The notes below the pieces were generated by a model. It did not search any database. It was given only the letters and a program-made list of their open reading frames with translations, and was not told the DNA's origin. From IMG/VR virus record IMGVR_UViG_3300017917_002028, positions 1-60,632 of that record: a DNA stretch of 60,632 bases; one strand, 5' to 3'. This DNA comes from a virus. How positions within the stretch are numbered: the first letter of the stretch is position 1; every line of letters starts with the position of its first letter. A program made the translations under genes and the position numbers. Positions 41,142 through 53,100 of this stretch are shown here, piece after piece.

Positions 41142-44100
41142 GCGGCCGTCCTTGTCGATGCCCATCTGCCGCGCCTTGTCACGGATCTGATTGGGCTTGA
41201 TGACGATCGGCGTATCCGGGTTGCGCTTGTTCCAGGTCTCCAGCCGCTGCTGGGCTTCGGTCACCAGCGCCGGATCGCTGTCCACAATGCCGCGCACCCA
41301 CTGGTCCACGATGCTGGACTCGGTGCGCTTTTGCAGCCCGATGTCCTGCTGCACCGGCATGGTCTTGCGAGTCTCCTGCGCCACCTTGGTCGGGTTGAAG
41401 CCGATGCTCTTGACCGCGATGTCGGTGCCGTCCACGTCCACCACCTTGCGGCCCTTGGCGTCCGTGGCGTAGCCCTTCTTGGTCATCTCCACGGCGGCCA
41501 GCACGTCCTTGACCGCCTTGGGCGCAAGGTTCTGCAGGGCCTTGCCGGCGTTGCCTTCCACGGCCGCGTCGTAGGCGTCCCCGATCTGGCTGGCCATGCC
41601 TGCCGTGGGGCCAAAGATCTCGGCCACCTCGCGCCCACGGCCTTGCTCGTTGCTGGGTTTGAGCAGGCCGGTACCGGGGATCAGGTTGCCTAGACCCAGA
41701 CGGCCCGAGAAGTCGAGCGGCAACTTGGACGACACGCCGTACAGGAACAGGTCGCCCATGGTCTTGCCCAGAATCTCGTGCGCGAGCCGGCGCTTGTTGC
41801 GGCGCATGTTGGTGTCCAGGCCGAACATCTGCCCCACGGTGTCGATCAGGTCGTCGAGATCCTGCGCGAATGGCAGGCCCTCGGCGCCGGATGCGAGCAT
41901 CAGCACGGCCAGCATGGTCAGCGCGGCCCGCTTGCCCTCAGGCCCGCCACGCTTCCACATGCGCGAGAGCAGTTCGAGGTACATCAGGCTGAACTGCTTG
42001 AAGGTCAGGATGGCGCGGCCAACAGTGTTTTGTGCCCAGTTGGGTCGGTTGACCTTGTTGTAGATGCCCTGCGTTTCGTTGACCGCCCTCACCGCGAAGG
42101 CGTAAGGGTTGCGCTCGCCGTTGGCCTGCGCCACTTCCCATGCCGCGATGAACGTCAGGCGGCGGTTGAAGCCTTCGGCCAGGGCGAACATCGAGCCCCA
42201 CAGCGTCAGGAAGGCGCTGACCCGGGCGCGGGCATCTTCGCTACCGGCCTTGATCGCCTTGCCTGCGCCGGGGATCTTGGCCAGGGTGTTGACCAGATTG
42301 GAGGCCACGCCCTGGGCGCCGACGCTGTAGAGGTGGAAGATTTCCTGAGCGTCAACGATGCCCTCCTGCGCGGCCCGCTTGAGTGCCGTGCGCAATTCGT
42401 CATCGGTGATCTGCTTGCGCCCCATGGCGTAGGGCAGCGCCTGCGTGATCGCCTTGGTGGCCACCGGGATGCCGAACTGCGACAGGTACGGGGCAGTCAT
42501 CATGACGGGCTGCGTCAGGTTGACCACGGCCGCGGCGACTGAGCCGCCCAGGAACCACGCGAACATCGTGGAGGAAATCTGGGCGCCGTCGTCGCTCGGG
42601 TTCATCACGAACTTCTTGAGCCGGATGGCCTCGTCCAGCACGTCGCCCTTTTCCTTGGGGATGTACTTGATGGCGTTGTTCAGGTCGCGCAGGTAGTAAC
42701 GCTGCGCGGCAAACCGGCCGTTGCTGGTGATGAAGTTCGACAGCACCCGGGGCAGATCCTGGCTGAAACCTTCGGTGCCCTTGCGCTCCAGGCGGCGCTT
42801 CAAGGCGCTGCGCTCGGTCATGGCCAGTTCGATGTACTTGCGCATGGCCGTGTCAGCGCCGATCGCCTCGGCAAACAGCGCCAGCGTCTCGGGGCTGATC
42901 CCGGCGTACATCTCGTGGCTGGTCTGGCTCTTGGTGCCGGCCTTCACCCGCACGTCATCACGGTCGGCGTACAAGGCGGCCTTCTCGGCGCGGACCGCCT
43001 TGGCCTCGCCCTCGGTCTCGTACTGGCCGTAGAACAGCGTGATCGAGTCGCCGTTTTCGTCGCGGGCCACGTTGCCGGTGGTCGGGTCGATCGCCTGCAC
43101 GGTCACGGTGAACTTGCCGAAACGCATCAGCGGCGCATACCCGGCCGCCTTGAGGTTCTTGCCGGTCACGAAGATCTTTTCGATCTGGCGCAGCGTGCGC
43201 TTGTAGCTCTCGCGTGCGGCCTCCAACTCGGCCTGCTGCTGGTCAGCGCCCATGCCGGCCGCGGCCTTGATCGCCCGGTCGAGCATCTTGATCTGCTTCT
43301 TGATCTCGCCGGTAATCAGCGCCTGGGCCTGGCGGGGGTTGTCGATGATGGTCCGGCGCATGGCCTTGGGCACAAAGCCCTGGGCCATGGCGTAGGCCTC
43401 GGCCGCGGCCAACTCGTCGAGGCTGGCGTCGATCGCGTTGCGGGCCTGCTGGTACAGGGCCCACGACTGTTCGGTCGCACCCGGGCGGGCCATGAATTCG
43501 GCCATGGTCCAGACGCGGCCCTGCATGACGCTATCGCCGGCCAGCGTGCCGTCGAAGATCGCCTGGGCGGCATGCTCCAGATTCTTGTCGGCCTTCTTGC
43601 CCTTGACCATGGTGGCCAGCGCCGACTTCACATCGTCCACGCGGGGCAGCACGCCCGGGGCCAGTTCGGCCGGGCGAATCGAGGTCAGCGAGACCTCGTT
43701 CTGCATGGCGTTGACGTAGCCGAACACCTTGCCGAAGTGCTTGTCCTTGAGGGCCTTGTTGAACTGGGTGGAGAGCGTCTTGTCGTAGGCGCCGAAGGTC
43801 TTGAGGCTCTTGTCCCGGTTGCCAAAGAACTGGATCAGGTTGTTCTGGGCGCGGCGGGTGATGTCGTTGAACGTCGGGGCACCGTTTGAGGAACCGGACC
43901 GCTCAACCAGCATCTTCTCGGACTGCATGGCGCCGTCGGTGCGCATGACCTCGCGCAGTGCCTTGAGCACCGGCGCATCGCTGCGCAGGCCCAGCACGCC
44001 CTTGACGCGCTCGATGAACTCCTTGAACCACTGCACGGCACGCGACACCCACGAACCGCGCGCTTGGAACCGGCCGGACAGGATGCGGGTGGCGTTGACC

Positions 44101-47100
44101 GCCCAGAACTCGGACGGGCTGTAGAGCTGGTAGTGCTTGTCGTAGGTCAGCGTGCCGCTGCCAAAGGCATCACGCACCCGGTCCGATGCCTTTTGATCGC
44201 CGGTCATGCTGGCCTTGAGCATGTCGCGCATGAGCTCCTGAACCTCGGGGGTCGCAGCCTTGTAGGCGGCATCCCAGGCGCGTTGCCATGCCTGCAGCAC
44301 GCCGTCCTGCACTTCCTTGGGCATCATGCGCTCGGTGTGGTGCAGGATCTCGTGCACCGCCGAACCGACGTTTGCCTTGCCGGCGATCAGCTTCATGATG
44401 CGGGGCAGCGGCATGTACTCGGCCGCCTGGCCGCGCTCGCCCTCGCTGCGAATGCTGATGCCCAGGCCATCGGCCACGTCCGGGTTCTGGTCGAGCAACC
44501 ACTGGGCGAAGTCGGCGGCCTCGCGCGTCACCGTGTTGTCGGCCACGCCACGGCGCATCTGGGCCACGATCCATTCGGCGCCACGACGGCGGCCGGCCAC
44601 GACGCGGCGGTACTCGCGCTCGTCGCGCTGGTTGTTCAGTGACGCCGTGATCTCCCGCACGGCCAGCACGTACTCGGCCTCGGTGATCTTGCCGTCGTCC
44701 AGGCGCTGCTCCAGCTTGTTGAGCTTCTGGCGGGCATTGACGCGCACGGGCTCGGGCACGCCGGCAAAGGCGCTGGCCGGGGCGCGGGCGATGTCCATGA
44801 TCTTGGGCCCCGGCGCCTCGCCATCGAGCGAAGTCTTGCCGGCACGCAGGGCGGCCACCACGGCCTTGTGGCGCTCGTTCAGGCTGCGCAGTTCTTCCTC
44901 TTTCGGGAAACCCCGGGCCAATTCCTTCTTGGCGTTCTCGGCGTCCTTCTCGAACTGCACCACGGCATCGGCCGTGCGCTCCTTCCACTTGGCCGCGTTG
45001 TCGGCCAGGTTGTCCATGCGGGTGATGAACCCGGACACACTGAACTTGTCGTTCTGGCCGTAGGTGGTGCTGCTGACCAGGTGGTCGCGGTGCAGGGTGA
45101 AGAACGTCACGCCCACCGAATCCCGGCGCAGGTACAGGTCAATGCCGCGGTACGAGCCGACCTTCTTGCCTTCGCTGGTGTCGGCATTGGCCACCATCTT
45201 GCTGGCCAGTTCCTCGGTGTTGACGCCCTTCTCGCCGTCGATGGTCAGGCCGAACACCTTGAGGCCCAGCTTGTCCTTGTTCTTGGGCTGGACCTGGCCG
45301 GCGAACTCGTCGGCCATCTTGGCGCTGCTGTATACCCATCCAGTTTTGTTCTCGGCGTCCTTGATCTTCTTTTCCAGATCGAAGCGGCTGCGCTCCCACG
45401 ACTTCTTCATGGCTTGCAGCTTGCGCAGGTCCGTGCGCATGCTGATTTCTTCGAGGATCAGCGGATTGCCCGAAGCGCCGGCCTTCATCTCGGCGGCGTT
45501 GGCCGATTCGCTGGAAACGTCCTCGACCTCGCGCAGCGTGGCGTCGGTCTTGAACTGCTCGATCGCCCGGGCCTTGGTCTCGATGATCTCCCACATGCGC
45601 GAGTCATAGGTCTGCTTGGTGGCGTAGCGGTAGATCGCCACCTCGAACCCTTCGGGATCGGCCTCGTAGAACTCGTTGCCCTGGCGAATGATGCGGCCCT
45701 CGCGCTGCTCCAGATCGGCCGGGCGCCACGGTGCATCCATGTGATGCAGGGCCACCAGCTTGGACTGCACGTTGGTGCCGGCGCCCATCTTTTGGGTGGA
45801 GCCCAGCAGCACGCGCACCTCGCCCGCGTTGACGGCCGCGAACAGGGCCGCTTTCTTCTCGTCGGTGTTGTAGTCGTGGATGAAAGCGATCTGCTCGGCC
45901 GGCATGCCCTTGGCGATCAGCTTGGCCTTGATGTCGTCGTAGACCGAGAAATTGCCGCCACCGTCGGCCAGCATTTCGTCCAGGCTGATTTCTTTGGCGC
46001 CCTCGGCGCTGTCCTCGTCCGATCCGGTGTCGTCGGCCTGGGCCTGCTGTTCTTCCCAGCGGGCGATGTAGTCGTCGATCGCCTCGCTGGCAATGGCGCG
46101 GCCCTGCACGCGCTCGCCGAACGTCGTCAGATCGGTCTTGGCCATCTTGGCGTTGGCGGCGTCCACGGCTTCGGCCTTGGTGCGCCCTTCGGCCACGGTC
46201 AGGCCGCTCGTGCGCTCGATGACCTGATAGACCTTGCCGGTCTTGTGCGTGAAGAACTGGAAGTCAGGCGCGGCCTGCAGGTTCAGGGGAACACCGGCCA
46301 CGTGCAGCAGGGTCTCGCCGCCGTTCACGCGCAGGAAGAACGTGGGCACCTTGGCGGCTGCATCGGCCGTGGCCTGCCCCTTGGCGCTGGCCGGTACCGA
46401 CAGGTCGCAGAACACCAGTTGCGTGCCCTTGCGCTCGTCGTTGGCCTTCCAGGTGTCGAAGATCCGGGACACGGCCGCATTGATCTTGCTGCCCTCGAAG
46501 TCGGGGGCGTTCTCGTCGATCAGGCGGTAGTCGAGACCGGCCTTGCGGGCCTGGCCGGTGATGGCCAGCGGGATCTCTTTCGGGTTGGTCTTGCTGGCCA
46601 CCTTCCAGTTTTCCAGCCGGTAGACGATCGTGCCCGACTTGAATGTGATGACCGGCTGGCCGTTTTCGTCGAGCTTGGGCTTGCCGTCGGCGTCCATCTC
46701 CTGCTGCGGGATGCCGATGAATTCGGCCTGCAACGGGCTGCGCTCAGTCACCACGTTCTCGGGCCGGCCGCCCTTGACCTTGGGCAGCGGGAACCGCTTA
46801 CCCTGGGCCTCGGCATCACGCATCAGGTCAGCGCGGCTCACGGTGTCGGCAATCTCGCCCCAGATCCCTTTCAACTCGGGCAGGTTGGCGAACTTGCGGA
46901 ACCGGGTTTTCTGCACGAACTTGCCGGCCGCGTTCATTTCCCAGTCGCTGGTGGACTGGCCGAACGTGTTGGCCCAGGCGTCGAAGTTGTGGATGCCGCG
47001 GGCCTTGAGCGTTTCGTACTGGAGGAAACGCTGCATGTGGAACACCTCGGCGATCGAGTTCGCCAGCGGCGTGCCGGTGGCAAAAAACACGTTCTTGCCG

Positions 47101-50100
47101 CCTGCCCGCTCGGACACATAGCGCGTCTTGACGAACATATCGAAAGCGCGGGTCGATCCCTGCGGGCTACCCAGCCCGGCCACGCCCTGCAGCGTCGTGG
47201 TGTAGAACAGGTTTTTGAACTCGTGGGCCTCGTCCACGGCCAGCGCGTCCACGCCCAGATCGGCGAAGTCGAGAGCGTCGTCCTGCGAGCGGTCGGCGAG
47301 CTTCTTGAGCTTTTCCTCGATGCGGGTCTTGGCTCGCTCCAGATCCTTGACCGTGAAGCGGGCGCCCTTGTCGGCCTTGGCCTGCTGGATGGCCAGCGTC
47401 AGTTCGGCCAGTTGGTCGTCCAAGATCTTCTGCTCGGTCTCGGCCGGTACCGGAATGCGGCCGAACGACGAATGCGCCACCACCACCATGTCCCAGTCGC
47501 CCGTGGCGATGCGCGAGAACAGCAGTTTGCGGCGGTCCTTCTGGAAATCCTTGCGGCTGGCGGCCAGCACGTTGGCGCCGGGGTACAGCGCCAGAATGTC
47601 CTTGGCCCACTGCCCGACCAGGTGATTGGGCACCACGATCATGGGCTTGTTGGCCAGGCCCAGCCGGCGCATCTCCATCATGGCGGCGATGATGGCGTAG
47701 GTCTTGCCGGCGCCGACCACGTGATCTGCCAGCCCCTTGCCTTCCACCAGTGAGCGGTACACCCAGTTCAACTGGTGCGGGCGCAACTGAATGGCGGTGT
47801 TCATGCCCGGAAGCGTCAGGTGCGAGCCGTCGTACTTGCGCGGGACGTTGGTGTTGTAGGTGTCGTTGTAGGACCGGGCCAGCCGCTCGCGGCGGTCGTT
47901 GTCCTTCCAGATCCAGTCCTGGAAAGCCTCGGCCAGCGCGTCGGCCTTGCCCTGCGCCGCGGCGGTTTCCTCGGCGTTCAGCACCCGCTGGGTGTTGCCG
48001 TCGGGCAGACGGATCTCGTCATAGACGGCCACCTGCTTGTTGCTCATCAGCGTTTCGATGATGCGGTGGGCGCCCATGCGCTCCGTGCCAAACGTGGTGT
48101 TGGTCTCGGTCGGCGTGCCGGCGCCCACGTCCACCGACCAGTTGCCGGTGGCCGGCAGGAAAGCGCCGGACATCTTGCCGCCGAAGGTCTCCTTCACAAA
48201 CGCGGCATAGTCGGACAGCGGCACCCAGGGCGAGCCGATCTTCACGAAGATGTCGCTCGGGTTGATGTCGGCCGGCTGCACCTTCATCAGCGCGGCCACG
48301 TTGCGCTGGAAGCGGGCGTCCTTCTCGGCAGCAGCGCGGGCCTGCGTCAGCGCGGCCTTGACGTTGCCCGACAGGTACAGGTCAGCAGGCACCCAGCCGC
48401 TGGCCGGATCTTCGAACACCAGGTCGCCCAACTCGGCCACGATGGTGTCATGGGGCTTGTTGCCATTCCGATCACCCAACAGGCCCGACATGTACCCCAT
48501 GTCGATGCGGCCGCGCTCGTTGAGCGATGCCAGCATGGCCTCTTTGGCCGTGCCCGCCTTGGTGACTTGCGCCACCGGCGTCTGCACCCGCTTGGTGAAG
48601 ATCGTCGCCTTGCTGGCCTTGGGCTGGCGGGGCTTCTGGCCGGTGGACTTGGCCACGGCCTCGGTCACGCCCTTGTCGAACTTCGCTTCGAGCGACAGCA
48701 CCAGGGCCGCGTCGGAGTCGTCGGCAAACAGGCGCTTGTTGGTCTGGCCGTTGAGGTAGCCGTATTTCTTGACGAAGGCGTCGTAGGCCTTATTCAGTGC
48801 CGCACGGTTGGCCTCGATGTCGGCGTCTTTGCTGGTGGCGCTTTTCTCCAGTGCCAACTGCTGGCGCACCAGGTCGCGCAGACCGATCATGCCGACCATG
48901 CGCTCCAGTTCCTTGCCTTCGCGGGCCACGGGCACCGACTGGCGCTCGCCGTTGAAGTCGGGCATGCGCTGGTAGAGCTTGCCGTCCTGCAGGAAGTAGC
49001 CGTACTCGCGCACGTTGTCGGCCGTGCTGACCTTGTTGGCCTTCTCGCCGGCCTCGATGAAGGTGCTCTTGCCCGTCTGGAACACGCCCTCGGGCAGTTT
49101 CTCGATGGCTTTGGCCATCAGGTCGGGCAGGTTGTCGCCCTCGCGGGCCGACAGGGTGGGCTCGTTGGCGCGGTACATCGAACCGGCCAGCGTCATCTCG
49201 CCCAGCATCATGTCGGGGTTGGCCACGAAATACTTGTTGACCGGGATCGGCTGGCCGCTCTCGCGGTCGGTCAAGTCGGCCATGCCATTCCACTCGGCCG
49301 TGTTGGCCTCCACGCCGTCCGTCAGCTTCTGCAGGAAGATGATGTCGGTCGTGACCTCGGTGTTGGCGTTCTCCTGGAATGCGTTGTTCGGCAGGCGGAT
49401 CGCGCCCAGCAGGCGGGTGCGCTCGGCCAGCCATGCGCGGGCCGCTTTGCCGCGGGCGTCGTTGGCATCCATCAGGCCCTTGGACACCACCATGGCCAGC
49501 ACGCCACCGGGTTTCAGGGTTTCCACCGACTTGGCGAAGAAGAACCCGTGGATCTTGAACTTGCTGATTTCCGGGTTGCTCGGGTCGTAGAGCGACTCGT
49601 CACCGAACGGCGGGTTGCCGGTGGCCACGTCGAACGACTCGGGCGCGAGCTTGATGTCCTGGAACCCGATCGGCGCGTTGACCTTGGCCTGCGGGTACAA
49701 CTGCTTGGCAATGCCGCCCGTGATGTGGTCGAACTCCACGCCGAACAGACGGGACTTGCCGCGGGCACCGACCGGCATCAGGCCGAAGAAATTGCCCGAA
49801 CCCAGTGACGGCTCCAGCACGGCGCCGTTCTTGAACCCGATGCGGGCGAGACCCGCCCAGATCGCCTCGACCACCGGCTTGGCCGTGTAGTGGGCGTTGC
49901 GGGTGGACGATGCGGCCGTGGCGTACTCGTCTGCCGTCAGCAGTTCCTTGAGCTCGGCGTATTCCTTCGACCACTGCTTGTTCTTGGGGTCGAAGGCCTG
50001 GGGCATGCCACCCCAGCCGATGTACTTGGCCAGCACCGCCTGCTCGGCGGCCGTGGCCTGGCGGCCCTCGGACTCCAGCGACTTCAACAGCCGGATGGCC

Positions 50101-53100
50101 GCGATGTTGTTGGCGTACTTGGTCTTGGCACCCTGACCGGCGAAGTTCAGTTCGTCGGTGATGGTGAAGTTGGTCGCTACAGTGTCAGCGGCAGTTCGGC
50201 CATCTGCAGCTTTTCCGTCAGGCTGACGTGCTGCATCTGCGGGTCGATCCGATACTCGTTCGCCTGCACCAGTTGCGGCTTGAGGTTCTTGAGCATCGGC
50301 AGGAGCTTGTTGTCCGCGGTCAGTTGCTTGAACTTGCTCGGACTCCCCTCCAGCCAAATCGACAGCAGTTCGTTGGTCACCAGCAGCGGCAGGCCCGCCT
50401 TGCTCAGTGCCTGCATTTGATCCTTCGGCAGTGCTGCCATCACGTCGCTGTGGGTTGCCATCTTGTGCTTCCTTCGGTGTTTCCAGATTTTCCGCCTTGG
50501 CAGCCGGTTGCGCAATGCTCGATTGCGCGGCTCGCGTTGCTTCTTGCTCAACTGCCTGGGCAGCCAAATCGGCCAGTTCGGTGCTGGCCAGGTTCACCGG
50601 CATCCAGCGGTTTTGACTGCCGCCGTAGGGGTCGCCGGCCTTGGTCACGCGCATCATCACCGACACGCCCGACGTGGTAGTGGGCACGGGGCCACGCAGC
50701 GAAGTGCCGCCGATCGTGATGTAGATGCCCCGCTGCATGTCCGGGTGGAACATGGCCAGGCTCACGTCGCCCGACGTAGCCACACCCGACTCGTTCACGT
50801 TCACCGGCTTCATGGGCTTACCGGCCCGATTGGTGGCCGGCTCGAACCCGCGTGCCTGTAGCGTTTTCGCAACGTCCTGCAGGTACTTGCGGGTGTCGTT
50901 GAGGAACTGCGTTTTCACCGGCCCGCTGGGGCGTTCATCGCGGCTGTCGTAGCCGTCGATGCTGCTCACGCCGTAGTCGTCGCGCAGGGTCAGCGCACCA
51001 GCCGGTTTTTCTTTCTTGCGCTGGGGCTTCTCCACCTGGCCGATGGCCTGCTCGGTGCCGGGCGCAGGCTTCATGTGCTCGGCCGTGCCCTGCGTTTCCA
51101 TCAGGTCGATCTCGGCCGGCGTGCTCATGCCGGCTGTGTCCAGACCGGGGTAGTGGCGCACGCCCTCGTAGAAACTGCGCAGGTACGGCCGGATCTTGTC
51201 GCCGAAGTCCTCCACCATGGCCTTGGCGTAATCCGAATACTTGCGCACGCCCGCCTCGATGTAGGCACCGGCCAGCGTCACGCCGTCCACCAACACCTCG
51301 GGGTCGATTCCCGAATTCATGTTGCCCAGCTTCGAGCGCAGGCGTGCGCGGGCTGCGGCCACCTTGTCCTCGGTGAACAGCTTGTTGCCGGCAAACTTGC
51401 TGGTGTCGGTCGCGGGCTGGTCGGCCGGGGCCGTGGTGCCCGCTTGGCCATCGTAGCCCTGCATCCACTCGAAAGCGGCCTTGTCGGTCAGGCCTGCAGG
51501 CGGCGTGCGGGGCTGGCCGGCCTTGGCGGCTTCGGCGCCCTGGGCCATGGGCTCGACCTGCTCAGATTTCCCAGTTTCTTCGACACGTTTCTCGGACGTG
51601 TCGATTTCAGCGGTGTTTTTGGGCGTGGCGCGCTTGGCCTTGGCCTCTTTCTCGGTCTTGGGCTTTGGCGCTGCCTCCACCTTGCGCAGCATGCTGGCGC
51701 CGACCGTGGCGTTGCCGACCGTGACGAGCCCCATGTCGGCATCCATGATCTTGTCGATGGTGCCGCGTACCACCCTGCCCTCGCGCTTCGATCCATCGGG
51801 CATGGTGTAGGTGCCGGGCGCGGTGTACTCCACCTGGTCGCCCTTCTTGAAGTTTTTGAGGGCTTCGCGGTTGGCTGCTTTCTGGCGCTCGATCTGCTCG
51901 TAACGCGCCTTTACGGCGTCGGCGTTGGCTGCTGGTGCTTCTTGTCCTTGCGCTTCTGCTTGCTGGGCTTGAGGGGCTTGAGTGCCATTCTTCGCTTCCT
52001 TTTGTTGGCGTGCTTCTTTCTCGGTCCTGGGCTTGGCCGGCGCCTCATCGAACGGGATGTCCGAATCGTCGGCCTGCTCAACCACGGGCGCGGTGTTCTG
52101 GATCGCCTCACGGTCCAGCCGCGCCTCGTCGTCGATCAGCGCATCTTCGGCTGGTAGCCCTTCGAGTCGTTGGCCTGCTTCGGTACCGACTTGGGCGGCT
52201 GGGGCTTGCCCTGCGGGTTCTTGCTGGGCGGCTGGCCCGCTTGCGAGCCCATCGCCGACGACGGCACCTTGATCGAGTGCAGGCCCAGTTCCTTCGTTGA
52301 GTGCTTGCGTTTGAACATCTTGGTTCTCCTGTGCGGCCACGAGGCCGGGTTCTGTGGCGGCCGGGAATGTCTGGCCAGCCTCGGGTTGCTCGACCGGCCC
52401 GGCCGCGGGGGCAGGCACTTGTGCCTGATTCTGGAATTGCGACTGATCGCTGGGGATGCTGGCAGCGCCAAACCCGTACAGGGCACGCAGCACCTGCGGG
52501 TCGTTCTGGGCTCGCTCCAGCCCGGCGAGTTCCTGCTGCTCGGCCGGCGACAGGCCGACCCCGGGCACGTCCTGATCGACGATGCCCGTCTCGCCCACGA
52601 CGGTCTGAATGGAGCCGTCGCGCTTCTCGCGCAACTGCTGGTAGCGGGTGGCCGCAAAGTCCAGCACGTCCTGGTCGCTCACGTCCTCCACGCCAGGGGG
52701 CGTTGCGGCCGGCGTCGGCAGCACGGTCGCCTCGGGGATGCCGGCCTGCTCGGCCAGTTCGCGCACGATGTTGTCGGCGGTCTCCACGAGCGGGCTGGCG
52801 GGCGGATTGATCGCGGGCGCCCCGGCCTGCTCGGCCGGCTCCACCGGCAGGGCGCCGGCGTCAAACGTGGGTTCGATGCGGCCGTCGGGCGTGACGTTGG
52901 CCGACACCGGCGCGGCATCGGGGGCCATGGTGGGCCCGCTGCGCGGCGCCAGGCCCTGCGTGTTCCACTTGTTGAGTGCCTGCTGACGCGCATATTCGGC
53001 GTCGGCGTCGGTCGTGGTCTTTCCGTCCTCGCGCATGAAGCGCACAACCTTGGAAACGCCCGTGGTGCCGCCCGCCATGACGCCCGACTGCATGATCGTC

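Noticed and set aside
50177-50461. Alternative explanation for the +1 ORF: a spurious shadow ORF like the many others inside the giant gene.
   Set aside because: I did not adopt this as the primary reading. Unlike the other shadows, this ORF has a canonical SD and ATG, and a non-repetitive, Arg/Pro-poor product. The overlapping long-frame codons have about 32% GC3 in a genome where genes run at about 90%. A pair of compensating indels remains an open alternative and is listed as a refutation test.
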